Assembly: GCA_964016885.1 (NCBI GenBank) | Contig: OZ024743.1 | Location: 10,230,001-10,294,000 of the forward strand | DNA from: Eledone cirrhosa | Lineage: Eukaryota | Direction: 5' to 3' | DNA length: 64,000 nucleotides | Shown: one piece after another, positions 1 to 14,300 of the stretch | How positions within the stretch are numbered: the first letter of the stretch is position 1 | Layout of the letters: the number at the start of each line of letters is the position of its first letter | Made by a program: the position numbers and the translations under genes | Notes under the pieces: generated by a model | The model's database searches: none | What the model saw: only the letters and a program-made list of their open reading frames with translations | What the model was told of the DNA's origin: nothing

Positions 1-289
1 CTTCTCCTCCTCATTCTGCAGACCTATCAAGTGCATGTCAGAGATCAACTTCTGATGAAGCTGGATGGATGTAGACATTGAATAAAGAAAAATTGGAATT
101 TATATACTGTTAATAACAAAAGAAGTGTTTGCTCTCCTGGAATCAGTTTACAGTAACAATTATTTTGGAGCAATTAGATGTTTGTATCAATAGGCTATTT
201 AAGGCTAAGATGAGAATTAAATAAAGGCTAAATGACGGAGAAAATATGGTAAAAACTGAATGATTGCATTATTATAAAATCATTAAAAT

Positions 290-610
290 ATGTGAAACTT
301 TGAATGAATAGAGAAAGGCAGAACTTGGATGAACTGAGAGAGAAACTGGATTTAATAGGAATCTGAAGTAGTGTGAAAAGATGAGACTGCATTGATACGG
401 GCATGTGGTGTGCATGGATGATCACTGGATGAAGAAGTGCCTGGAAATCCCAGTGGAAGGAAGCCACAATGGAGCTAGACCAAAGAAGAGCTGGTCAGAG
501 GTGGTGAGAGCTGATCTTAAATGCTGAAGGGATGCAGTAAGAGGAGAGGTTCTGTGTTGAAGAGGACCCATCCAACCCATGCAAGCAATATGAACATAAA
601 AATAATGACG
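290..610 (+). mobile_element. Decayed 3' end of an RTE-clade LINE
   Basis: Translates with stops/frameshifts as RERQNLDELREKLDLIGI...LH*YGHVVCMDDHWMKKCLEIPVEGSHNGARPKKSWSEVVRADL. This is colinear with the C-terminus of the RTE ORF at 42385-42963 (RERQSINELSEKLGIRGI...WYGHVMHM...GRPRKTWDDLIKSDL). It ends in an acccatgcaagca tail-like motif. Confidence 0.75.
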
Positions 611-1399
611 TCAATGAAGAAAATGATAATGAGCACAGAAGACATATATTTATAGGATGATGATGAAGAAACAGATTATGAGCAGCCTATAATTATGGAC
701 TTTTATGATAAAGAGAATCTGTATGATGGTATAACTCACTCTGACTATTATGAAGGTTTATTTAGTTCTGATGAGGATAAACAGTGTGATGATATAGAAT
801 TTTAATGGAATTTTTTGTTTGAATTCTTTAGGATTCATCTTGTAATCTTATTTTAAAGTCATTTTAAATATTTATTTTGTATTTTTTTCCTAATATATAA
901 AGTTTACAAATTAATTTTCATTCACCATATTTATCATTTTCATTTTGATATTTAAGCCATAACCCTTTCTAATGAAAACCACTGTCTATATATTTGAAGT
1001 GATTTTAAAAACGATGAAAATTTTGAATGAATTTATGGCAATGACGTTTTCATAATTAAACTGACGTTTGGAACATAACAAAACATTTCATAAATAAAAT
1101 TATGATCGAAGGTTTTAATCTGATGACCGTATCACTATCTACCACCTATGACCTGTTCTCTGACAGATCAGATCTGCTGGTTAATTGTGACATAAACAGG
1201 CATCTGCAAGACAAATAAGCAGTCAAGGACCAACAGCTGTAAAGTACAAGGGTAGATGGAGCAAAAGGTGACAACTTTAGCTTCCAAGAAAACACTCACA
1301 ACACAGTGATGTAGCTATGACAAGGTGAGCAAAAGCCACCTCTAAAGAAGCTTAGTCTTCACAGGTTTGAGAAAGTACCAGAATGGTGACTGGTGTGAA

Positions 1400-1935
1400 T
1401 AAGACCATCAAAACTGGTGTGGAGTAAGAAAAAGAATCATACTGCATTATCCTTCATGCAGGTTAACAAAAGAAGTGCTCATGCGTTAGGTAGAGGGACC
1501 TGTTAAGAAAATATATTGCACTCTCCATTTTCTTCAGAAAAAACTGGGAATGGGCCTGCAACCTGTTCGAGGATGTACACACAATGATTTTGTATCCTGA
1601 GACCCCAAAGTGTGTTCTGAATACAGCTGTTTCTTCCTTGAGGAAGTCACTAAAGCACTAGATGTAGTTATGACTGATTCATATAACCTAATGGGAGAAT
1701 TCAATGCACATGTTGGCACAGTCCACCAGATACAGAAAGGAATGGTGATCTCAATCTAAATATGAATGACAAGGCCTTATTAGACTCTACATGTGAATGG
1801 AGTTCCACTGAAGCAGGTGGAGATGTCCAAGTATCTCAGGGCCATGTTCACGAGTGACGGAATGCAGATGGCTGAATTAATTGCAAGAATTGCAGGAACT
1901 GGTGCAGTAATGTGCTAGCTTCAAAGTTCAGTAAG
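1400..1935 (+). mobile_element. Old, internally deleted RTE-like LINE relic (APE endonuclease piece joined to a post-RT piece)
   Basis: About 1675-1720 reads DSYNLMGEFNAHVGT (APE GDFNAHVG motif). About 1793-1930 reads VNGVPLKQVEMSKYLRAMFTSDG...IARIAGTGAVM, like the RTE QVEEFKYLG..FTS.G motif. Confidence 0.6.
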
Positions 1936-2195
1936 AAGAAGATTTTGATATATTCATGAACACTTTGAAATGGGCAGTTTCGTATAATAAGACCAGAGCC
2001 ATTTCTGAGTTAAACTGCATTAATTACGTAATTAGACATCAGGGTTTAGTGCATATCATATATATATATGAGTGTGAGGGTAACTTTCGCAAAGGTAATC
2101 TTTCAAGTATAACGGATACGAGTTAAACATCAAAAATAAATATTCAGAAGCACTACAGAGCAATATTTGCTTAGTAACATATATTATTTACTTTC

Positions 2196-2388
2196 TGAGT
2201 GGATTTGGTGGGATCGGTAGAGGGTCGGACGCCATGCTTTGATGTATAGAGTTACGGCCCTTGCCATTCTGAGTTAAAATCCCGCCGAGGTTAACTTGCT
2301 TTTCATCCTTACAGGGTCGATAAGATAAAGTACTAATAATGCACTGGGTCAATTGCTGGCCTTGTGCCAAAAGTAGAAACAATTATTT
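2196..2388 (+). mobile_element. tRNA-derived SINE, family A
   Basis: A-box-like tggtgggatcggtagag, B-box-like gagttaaaatccc, core cttttcatccttacagggtcgataagataaagtac, tail ccttgtgccaaaagtagaaacaattatt. More than 10 related copies lie in this window, and a degenerate partial copy follows at about 2432-2545. Confidence 0.85.
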
Positions 2389-3389
2389 AATACTTATACT
2401 ACGTATTTATTATCATTACTACTGTAATTCAAGGGTGGTGTATCGGTATAAACATTCAAACCCGACAGCACGTTTTATTGTTTTTACATTCTCAGTTCAA
2501 ATCTGCCTTTTATTCTTCTGGGTTTGATAAAATAAAATACCAGTTATATACTGATGTGAATAATACTGTCTATAATACACCAAGCTTTATGTCTGTGCTA
2601 GAAATTTTTCTGTTTTATATAGGACTAAAGAATCCATTTTTACACGTGTAGAAACGTTTTAGAAACAAAATCTTTGACTAAAAGCGTGAGTGAAACTTTC
2701 CGAAATATTTCCCCACTATTAAATGACTGAGCATTGATTGTACCACTTAAAGATTTGAGCGATAAAATTCGCACTCTGTTAATCAAAATAGCTTTCTAGA
2801 TAGTCAAAAATATATCATTGTTGCATGATTTCATGACATCAATAAAACCTTACTTATTTCTAATAAATAAACGTTATTTCGTTGCCAACTGATTGTCTCA
2901 GATAAAATTTGTTAAAATCCTCGCTAATATTGACAACTTCATATATAAATTCCATTGATATGAATTTATTACTTTGAAAATTACTATTAAAACTTTATAA
3001 AATATCATATAAGAGAACATTTTTAAAAGGAATTGGAAAGAAATCTAAATCACTAAATAAGATAAATCAATGAATTTAAAGTGAATCGTTTGTATGAGAG
3101 TTTATCTTCTTAAGGTTGTAAATTCCTTCGTTTTGAATAGCTACTAATTGTGTTCTGCCTCTGAGGTCAATGCTTGGTTATATTTTGCACATGGTGCTGA
3201 AATTATATAAGAAAATAGAGCACTGATCAACATCTAATTCAATCTTCAAAATATTGACAAAAGCATTACTGTATCCCTTTAATCAAATCACAAACAAACA
3301 TACACACACCCAATATATATAATGTAAGTATATAATGTAAGTATGTGTGTATACGTACATACATATATGTATACAGACGCACAGCAGCA

Positions 3390-3427
<38 letters not shown>

Positions 3428-4909
3428 CATACATACAGGCACACATACATATATGCACGTATCAGTTTAGCGGACGCTTATTATAACGCCGCTTTGTTCG
3501 TTTGTAAACAAACTGAACAGCCTGAATTTTTATGCCGTACGGTGTTAAGGCAACCACGTCACCTTTTTGTTCAACACTGACACAGGAACGATGTACTAGT
3601 TTCAAGCCCGTTAGCTATCATCAGCACCGTATACCCATCTGCCAGATAGTTGAACGTTCGAAAGTATATACTTTCCCTATGAAAATTAACGGCTGAGCAG
3701 CCTAATTTGCATATCGAGTGAGCTAAGTCGGCCAGGCATACCGAAAACGATAAGTTGAAATAAAATGAAAACGAAATTTCATTTCTCACTCCTAGTACGG
3801 CACTTACTTGAATGTAAGTATATATATATATATATATCAGGGAGAGAGAGAAAGAATAAAGACGTTTAAAATGCACTTTTAAGAAGATTTATTTAATTAC
3901 TTTACTGGTTTCAAGATTGGAGTTTGGAAATTCTCTTGTCTTAAAGAAAGAATACGATTCAAATGAGATTTGTACTTTAATATTTTATGTAGAACATTGT
4001 ATAATTATGTAAAGAAGAAGAAAGAGAGTGTGTGGATAAATGAAGTGTTAGTATCACCATATGGGTAAGGAGAAGAGATGCCTGGATCGCACGTTATAGG
4101 AGGTTGGGAGCGAGCTAGAATGGAGGTTTGTAAACTGTGCTTGGGGGCGAATGCATGCATGATGTTGAGACGAGTGCCGTGTGTGTCTGGGCACCCAAAT
4201 TCGATATCAGTGAAGGGGAAAAAAGGAGAAAGAAAAGAAAAAGAGAAAAAAATATTTCTTTAGAACAGTAATCACAAAGTCAAAGATGAGAGGAGATCGA
4301 AAATTGAAAAAGGATCCCTGGGATGCACCGAAACAAAGAAGTGCTGAAATGGATGCCGTCCGTGTGCGTGTGTACATGCATTCAGAAGAGTTCTGAGAAA
4401 TGTCAGAGACTGTGGAGGAAAAGCATGTAAATGATGCGTTCACGAGTTACGTGTCATGCACGATCACGAACAAAATGTCAAATCGAAAGTTCGTTCACTC
4501 AATCCTGACACATTTCTCCACCGGAAACTATCTTCATTTAAGTACAGGATTGGCACCAAACTGGGGCCTGAAACTGTTGATAAAAGAGTCCTTCTTTAAT
4601 TCAGGATGGTGTGGTGTGACCTGAAAGAGATTTCAGCGCCACCTCCAGCAGGTCAAGCAACCGCATAGAGGCCTGCAGTCCCTCACTTGAGACAAACACA
4701 ATTGTTATAGGGATTAAACATAAGACCCGTATACTGATGATTTCTTATTAGTAGTGGCAGTAGTAGTAGTATTATCATATGGTGATTGCTGGTATGATGA
4801 TGGTGTATATTTCCTGATGATGGTCTTGTTGATGTAGTGGGAGTGCTGGGTTTTTTTAAGATGCAATTAACTGGTTGATGATGATCACGTGATTAGAATT
4901 TTGTTAGTT

Positions 4910-5300
4910 ATCCATCACGCATGTGCATTCAACGTCATATGGAGGCTCAAATATATGAACAATCTAGAATAAAATACACCTTACACTTCCATAACAAATT
5001 GCTAGAAAGCTGGTAACGTGACTTAGATGACTGCCCAATTCTGTAGACACACACTTTTGACTAACTCAATTATTTCAAAACTTAAATTAACATTATAAAC
5101 TATACAATGCAATATAGTCAGGATCAACTACTACTGTTGGATATTCTAATCATAAAGAAGGACGCAAACATTGAATTTGATATCCACTATAACCCAATGG
5201 ACTTTATGCAATACTAAAGCCATCCACGATTTACAAAGAAAAATATTTCGTTTAATTAAAGAAAACCAGTTTGCACAATTATTTTAAATATTCCTTGAAA
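4910..5300 (+). mobile_element. Decayed Penelope-like element (Neptune-like), reverse transcriptase palm/thumb fragment
   Basis: Reads MEAQIYEQSRIKY...ESW*RDLDDCPIL* (RYLDD-type catalytic motif at about 5017-5034), then YTMQYSQDQLLLLDILIIKKDANIEFDIHYNPMD, and after a frameshift HPRFTKKNISFN*RKPVCTII. These match the PLE RT motifs FTME...LPFLD...TDI.YKPTD...HP.H.K.NIPF.LARRIC.I. Confidence 0.75.
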
Positions 5301-8300
5301 CATTACCTATTACCATTACCATTACCTATTACCATTACCTATTACCATTACCATTACCATTACCATTACCTATTACCTATTACCATTACCATTACCATTA
5401 CCTATTACCTATTACCATTACCATTACCATTACCATTACCTATTACCTATTACCATTACCATTACCATTACCGTTACCATTACCTATTACCTATTACCAT
5501 TACCATTACCTATTACCATTACCATTACCATTACCTATTACCTATTACCATTACCATTACCTATTACCTATTACCATTACCATTACCATTACCATTACCT
5601 ATTACCTATTACCATTACCATTACCTATTACCATTACCATTACCATTACCTATTACCTATTACCATTACCTATTACCTATTACCATTACCATTACCATTA
5701 CCATTACCTATTACCTATTACCATTACCATTACCATTACCATTACCTATTACCTATTACCATTACCTATTACCTATTACCATTACCATTACCATTACCAT
5801 TACCTATTACCTATTACCATTACCATTACCTATTACCATTACCATTACCATTACCTATTACCTATTACCATTACCATTACCATTACCTATTACCATTACC
5901 ATTACCATTACCATTACCTATTACCTATTACCATTACCTATTACCTATTACCATTACCTATTACCTATTACCATTACCATTACCATTACCTATTACCATT
6001 ACCATTACCATTACCTATTACCTATTACCATTACCATTACCATTACCTATTACCATTACCTATTACCTATTACCATTACCTATTACCTATTACCATTACC
6101 TATTACCATTACCATTACCATTACCTATTACCATTACCTATTACCATTACCATTACCATTACCATTACCATTACCTATTACCTATTACCATTACCATTAC
6201 CATTACCTATTACCATTACCTATTACCTATTACCATTACCTATTACCTATTACCATTACCTATTACCATTACCATTACCATTACCATTACCTATTACCAT
6301 TACCATTACCTATTACCTATTACCATTACCTATTACCATTACCATTACCATTACCATTACCATTACCATTACCTATTACCTATTACCATTACCTATTACC
6401 ATTACCATTACCATTACCATTACCTATTACCTATTACCTATTACCATTACCTATTACCATTACCTATTACCATTACCATTACCTATTACCATTACCTATT
6501 ACCATTACCTATTACCATTACCATTACCATTACCATTACCATTACCATTACCTATTACCTATTACCATTACCTATTACCATTACCATTACCATTACCATT
6601 ACCATTACCTATTACCATTACCTATTACCTATTACCATTACCTATTACCTATTACCATTACCTATTACCATTACCATTACCATTACCTATTACCATTACC
6701 ATTACCATTACCATTACCTATTACCTATTACCATTACCTATTACCTATTACCATTACCTATTACCTATTACCATTACCATTACCTATTACCTATTACCAT
6801 TACCATTACCATTACCTATTACCATTACCATTACCTATTACCATTACCATTACCATTACCTATTACCTATTACCATTACCATTACCATTACCATTACCTA
6901 TTACCATTACCTATTACCTATTACCATTACCATTACCTATTACCTATTACCATTACCATTACCATTACCTATTACCATTACCTATTACCTATTACCATTA
7001 CCTATTACCTATTACCATTACCTATTACCATTACCATTACCTATTACCATTACCATTACCATTACCATTACCATTACCTATTACCTATTACCATTACCTA
7101 TTACCTATTACCATTACCTATTACCTATTACCATTACCATTACCTATTACCTATTACCATTACCATTACCATTACCATTACCTATTACCATTACCATTAC
7201 CTATTACCATTACCATTACCTATTACCATTACCATTACCATTAACATTACCTATTACCATTACCATTACCTATTACCATTACCATTACCATTACCTATTA
7301 CCTATTACCATTACCATTACCATTACCATTACCTATTACCATTACCATTACCTATTACCATTACCATTACCATTACCTATTACCATTACCATTACCTATT
7401 ACCTATTACCATTACCATTACCATTACCATTACCATTACCATTACCTATTACCATTACCATTACCATTACCTATTACCTATTACCATTACCATTACCATT
7501 ACCATTACCTATTACCATTACCATTACCTATTACCTATTACCATTACCATTACCATTACCATTACCATTACCTATTACCATTACCATTACCATTACCTAT
7601 TACCATTACCATTACCATTACCATTACCTATTACCATTATCATTACCATTACCTATTACCTATTACCATTACCATTACCATTACCATTACCATTACCTAT
7701 TACCATTACCATTACCATTACCTATTACCATTACCTATTACCTACCTATTACCATTACCATTACCATTACCTATTACCATTACCTATTACCTATTACCAT
7801 TACCTATTACCTATTACCATTACCTATTACCATTACCATTACCATTACCTATTACCATTACCTATTACCATTACCATTACCATTACCATTACCATTACCA
7901 TTACCTATTACCTATTACCATTACCATTACCATTACCTATTACCATTACCTATTACCTATTACCATTACCTATTACCTATTACCATTACCTATTACCATT
8001 ACCATTACCATTACCATTACCTATTACCATTACCATTACCTATTACCTATTACCATTACCTATTACCATTACCATTACCATTACCATTACCTATTACCTA
8101 TTACCATTACCTATTACCATTACCATTACCATTACCATTACCATTACCTATTACCTATTACCATTACCATTACCATTACCTATTACCATTACCATTACCT
8201 ATTACCTATTACCATTACCTATTACCATTACCATTACCATTACCATTACCATTACCATTACCTATTACCTATTACCATTACCTATTACCATTACCATTAC

Positions 8301-11300
8301 CATTACCATTACCTATTACCTATTACCATTACCATTACCTATTACCATTACCTATTACCTATTACCATTACCTATTACCTATTACCATTACCTATTACCA
8401 TTACCATTACCATTACCTATTACCATTACCATTACCATTACCATTACCATTACCTATTACCTATTACCATTACCTATTACCTATTACCATTACCTATTAC
8501 CTATTACCATTACCATTACCATTACCTATTACCTATTACCATTACCATTACCATTACCTATTACCATTACCATTACCTATTACCATTACCATTACCATTA
8601 CCTATTACCTATTACCATTACCATTACCATTACCTATTACCATTACCATTACCTATTACCATTACCATTACCATTACCTATTACCTATTACCTATTACCA
8701 TTACCATTACCATTACCATTACCATTACCTATTACCTATTACCATTACCATTACCATTACCATTACCATTACCTATTACCATTACCATTACCTATTACCA
8801 TTACCATTACCATTACCTATTACCTATTAACCATTACCATTACCATTACCTATTACCATTACCTATTACCTATTACCATTACCATTACATATTACCTATT
8901 ACCATTACCATTACCATTACCTATTACCATTACCTATTACCTATTACCATTACCTATTACCTATTACCTATTACCATTACCTATTACCATTACCATTACC
9001 TATTACCATTACCATTACCATTACCATTACCATTACCTATTACCTATTACCATTACCTATTACCTATTACCATTACCTATTACCTATTACCATTACCATT
9101 ACCTATTACCTATTACCATTACCATTACCATTACCATTACCTATTACCATTACCATTACCTATTACCATTACCATTACCTATTACCATTACCATTACCAT
9201 TACATTACCTATTACCATTACCATTACCTATTACCATTACCATTACCTATTACCTATTACCATTACCATTACCATTACCATTACCTATTACCATTACCAT
9301 TACCTATTACCATTACCATTACCATTACCTATTACCATTACCATTACCTATTACCTATTACCATTACCATTACCATTACCATTACCATTACCATTACCTA
9401 TTACCATTACCATTACCATTACCTATTACCTATTACCATTACCATTACCATTACCATTACCTATTACCATTACCATTACCTATTACCTATTACCATTACC
9501 ATTACCATTACCATTACCATTACCTATTACCATTACCATTACCATTACCTATTACCATTACCATTACCATTACCATTACCTATTACCATTAAATTACCAT
9601 TACCTATTACCATTACCATTACCATTACCATTACCATTACCATTACCTATTACCATTACCATTACCATTACCATTACCTATTACCATTACCTATTACCTA
9701 TTACCATTACCATTACCATTACCATTACCTATTACCATTACCTATTACCTATTACCATTACCATTACCATTACCTATTACCTATTACCATTACCATTACC
9801 ATTACCATTACCATTACCTATTACCATTACCATTACCTATTACCATTACCATTACCTATTACCTATTACCATTACCATTACCATTACCATTACCTATTAC
9901 CATTACCATTACCATTACCATTACCTATTACCATTACCATTACCATTACCATTACCTATTACCATTACCATTACCTATTACCTATTACCATTACCATTAC
10001 CATTACCATTACCATTACCTATTACCATTACCATTACCATTACCTATTACCATTACCATTACCATTACCTATTACCTACTACCATTACCATTACCTATTA
10101 CCATTACCATTACCATTACCTATTACCATTACCATTACCATTACCTATTACCATTACCATTACCATTACCTATTACCATTACCATTACCATTACCATTAC
10201 CTATTACCATTACCATTACCTATTACCATTACCATTACCATTACCTATTACCATTACCATTACCATTACCTATTACCATTACCATTACCTATTACCATTA
10301 CCATTACCATTACCTATTACCATTACCATTACCATTACCATTACCTATTACCATTACCATTACCTATTACCATTACCATTACCATTACCATTACCTATTA
10401 CCATTACCATTACCATTACCTATTACCATTACCATTACCTATTACCATTACCATTACCATTACATTACCTATTACCATTACCATTACCTATTACCATTAC
10501 CATTACCTATTACCTATTACCATTACCATTACCTATTACCTATTACCATTACCATTACCATTACCTATTACCATTACCATTACCATTACCATTACCTATT
10601 ACCATTACCATTACCATTACCTATTACCATTACCATTACCATTACCATTACCTATTACCTATTACCATTACCTATTACCTATTACCATTACCTATTACCT
10701 ATTACCATTACCATTACCATTACCTATTACCATTACCATTACCATTACCATTACCTATTACCTATTACCATTACCATTACCATTACCTATTACCATTACC
10801 TATTACCTATTACCATTACCTATTACCTATTACCATTACCTATTACCATTACCATTACCATTACCTATTACCATTACCTATTACCATTACCATTACCATT
10901 ACCATTACCATTACCATTACCTATTACCTATTACCATTACCATTACCATTACCTATTACCATTACCTATTACCTATTACCATTACCTATTACCTATTACC
11001 ATTACCTATTACCATTACCATTACCATTACCATTACCTATTACCATTACCATTACCTATTACCTATTACCATTACCTATTACCATTACCATTACCATTAC
11101 CATTACCTATTACCTATTACCATTACCTATTACCATTACCATTACCATTACCATTACCATTACCTATTACCTATTACCATTACCATTACCATTACCTATT
11201 ACCATTACCATTACCTATTACCTATTACCATTACCTATTACCATTACCATTACCATTACCATTACCATTACCATTACCTATTACCTATTACCATTACCTA

Positions 11301-14300
11301 TTACCATTACCATTACCATTACCATTACCTATTACCTATTACCATTACCATTACCTATTACCATTACCTATTACCTATTACCATTACCTATTACCATTAC
11401 CATTACCTATTACCATTACCATTACCATTACCTATTACCATTACCATTACCATTACCATTACCATTACCTATTACCTATTACCATTACCTATTACCATTA
11501 CCATTACCTATTACCTATTACCATTACCATTACCATTACCTATTACCTATTACCATTACCATTACCATTACCTATTACCATTACCATTACCTATTACCAT
11601 TACCATTACCTATTACCATTACCATTACCATTACCTATTAACCTATTACCATTACCATTACCATTACCTATTACCATTACCATTACCTATTACCATTACC
11701 ATTACCATTACCTATTACCTATTACCATTACCATTACCATACCATTACCATTACCTATTACCATTACCATTACCTATTACCATTACCATTACCATTACCT
11801 ATTACCTATTAACATTACCATTACCATTACCTATTACCATTACCTATTACCTATTACCATTACCATTACATATTACCTATTACCATTACCATTACCATTA
11901 CCTATTACCATTACCTATTACCTATTACCATTACCTATTACCTATTACCTATTACCATTACCTATTACCATTACCATTACCTATTACCATTACCATTACC
12001 ATTACCATTACCATTACCTATTACCTATTACCATTACCTATTACCTATTACCATTACCTATTACCTATTACCATTACCATTACCTATTACCTATTACCAT
12101 TACCATTACCATTACCATTACCTATTACCATTACCATTACCTATTACCATTACCATTACCTATTACCATTACCATTACCATTAACATTACCTATTACCAT
12201 TACCATTACCTATTACCATTACCATTACCTATTACCTATTACCATTACCATTACCATTACCATTACCATTACCATTACCATTACCTATTACCATTACCAT
12301 TACCATTACCTATTACCATTACCATTACCTATTACCTATTACCATTACCATTACCATTACCATTACCATTACCTATTACCATTACCATTACCATTACCTA
12401 TTACCTATTACCATTACCATTACCATTACCATTACCATTACCTTACCATTACCATTACCTATTACCTATTACCATTACCATTACCATTACCATTACCATT
12501 ACCTATTACCATTACCATTACCATTACCTATTACCATTACCATTACCAATACCATTACCTATTACCATTATCATTACCATTACCTATTACCTATTACCAT
12601 TACCATTACCATTACCATTACCATTACCTATTACCATTACCATTACCATTACCATTACCTATTACCATTACCTATTACCTATTACCATTACCATTACCAT
12701 TACCATTACCTATTACCATTACCTATTACCTATTACCATTACCATTACCATTACCTATTACCTATTACCATTACCATTACCATTACCATTACCATTACCT
12801 ATTACCATTACCATTACCTATTACCATTACCATTACCTATTACCTATTACCATTACCATTACCATTACCATTACCTATTACCATTACCATTACCATTACC
12901 TATTACCTATTACCATTACCATTACCATTACCATTACCTATTACCATTACCATTACCTATTACCTATTACCATTACCATTACCATTACCATTACCTATTA
13001 CCATTACCATTACCATTACCTATTACCATTACCATTACCATTACCTATTACCTAACTACCATTACCATTACCTATTACCATTACCATTACCATTACCTAT
13101 TACCATTACCATTACCATTACCTATTACCATTACCATTACCATTACCTATTACCATTACCATTACCATTACCATTACCTATTACCATTACCATTACCTAT
13201 TACCATTACCATTACCATTACCTATTACCATTACCATTACCATTACCTATTACCATTACCATTACCTATTACCATTACCATTACCATTACCTATTACCAT
13301 TACCATTACCATTACCATTACCTATTACCATTACCATTACCTATTACCATTACCATTACCATTACCTATTACCATTACCATTACCATTACCTTACCATTA
13401 CCATTACCATTACCTATTACCATTACCATTACCATTACCTATTACCATTCCATTACCATTACCTATACCATTACCATTACCATTACCATTACCTATTACC
13501 ATTACCATTAACCTATTACCATTACCATTACCATTACCTATTACCATTACCATTACCATTACCTATTACCATTACCATTACCTATTACCATTACCATTAC
13601 CATTACCATTACCTATTACCATTACCATTACCATTACCTATTACCTATTACCATTACCATTACCATTACCTATTACCATTACCATTACCTATTACCATTA
13701 CCATTACCATTACCTATTACCATTACCATTACCATTACCATTACCATTACCTATTACCATTACCATTACCATTACCATTACCATTACCTATTACCTATTA
13801 CCATTACCATTACCATTACCATTACCTATTACCATTACCATTACCATTACCATTACCTATTACCATTACCTATTACCATTACCTATTACCATTACCTATT
13901 ACCATTACCATTACCATTACCATTACCTATTACCATTACCCATTACCATTACCTATTACCATTACCATTACCATTACCTATTACCTATTACCATTACCAT
14001 TACCATTACCATTACCATTACCTATTACCATTACCTATTACCATTACCATTACCATTACCTATTACCTATTACCATTACCATTACCATTACCTATTACCA
14101 TTACCATTACCATTACCTATTACCATTACCTATTACCATTACCATTACCATTACCTATTGCCATTACCATTACCATTACCATTACCATTACCTATTACCA
14201 TTACCCATTACCATTACCATTACCATTACCTATTACCATTACCTATACCATTACCAATTACCATTACCATTACCTATTACCATTACCTATTACCTATTAC

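Noticed and set aside
46-170. CTGATGA at 52 followed by gtaacaattatt, a possible hammerhead relic
   Set aside because: GAAA is absent and stems I and III do not pair convincingly. Other isolated CTGATGA hits (near 767, 1120, 4734, 35970) also lack partners.
600-820. Acidic reading (LFSSDEDKQCDDIEF) resembling a pogo-type transposase C-terminus
   Set aside because: Short and low-complexity, with no DDE motif or terminal inverted repeats found.
4635-4650. CTCF-like motif cagcgccacctccagc
   Set aside because: A single partial match inside what looks like a repeat fragment, which cannot be supported from sequence alone.
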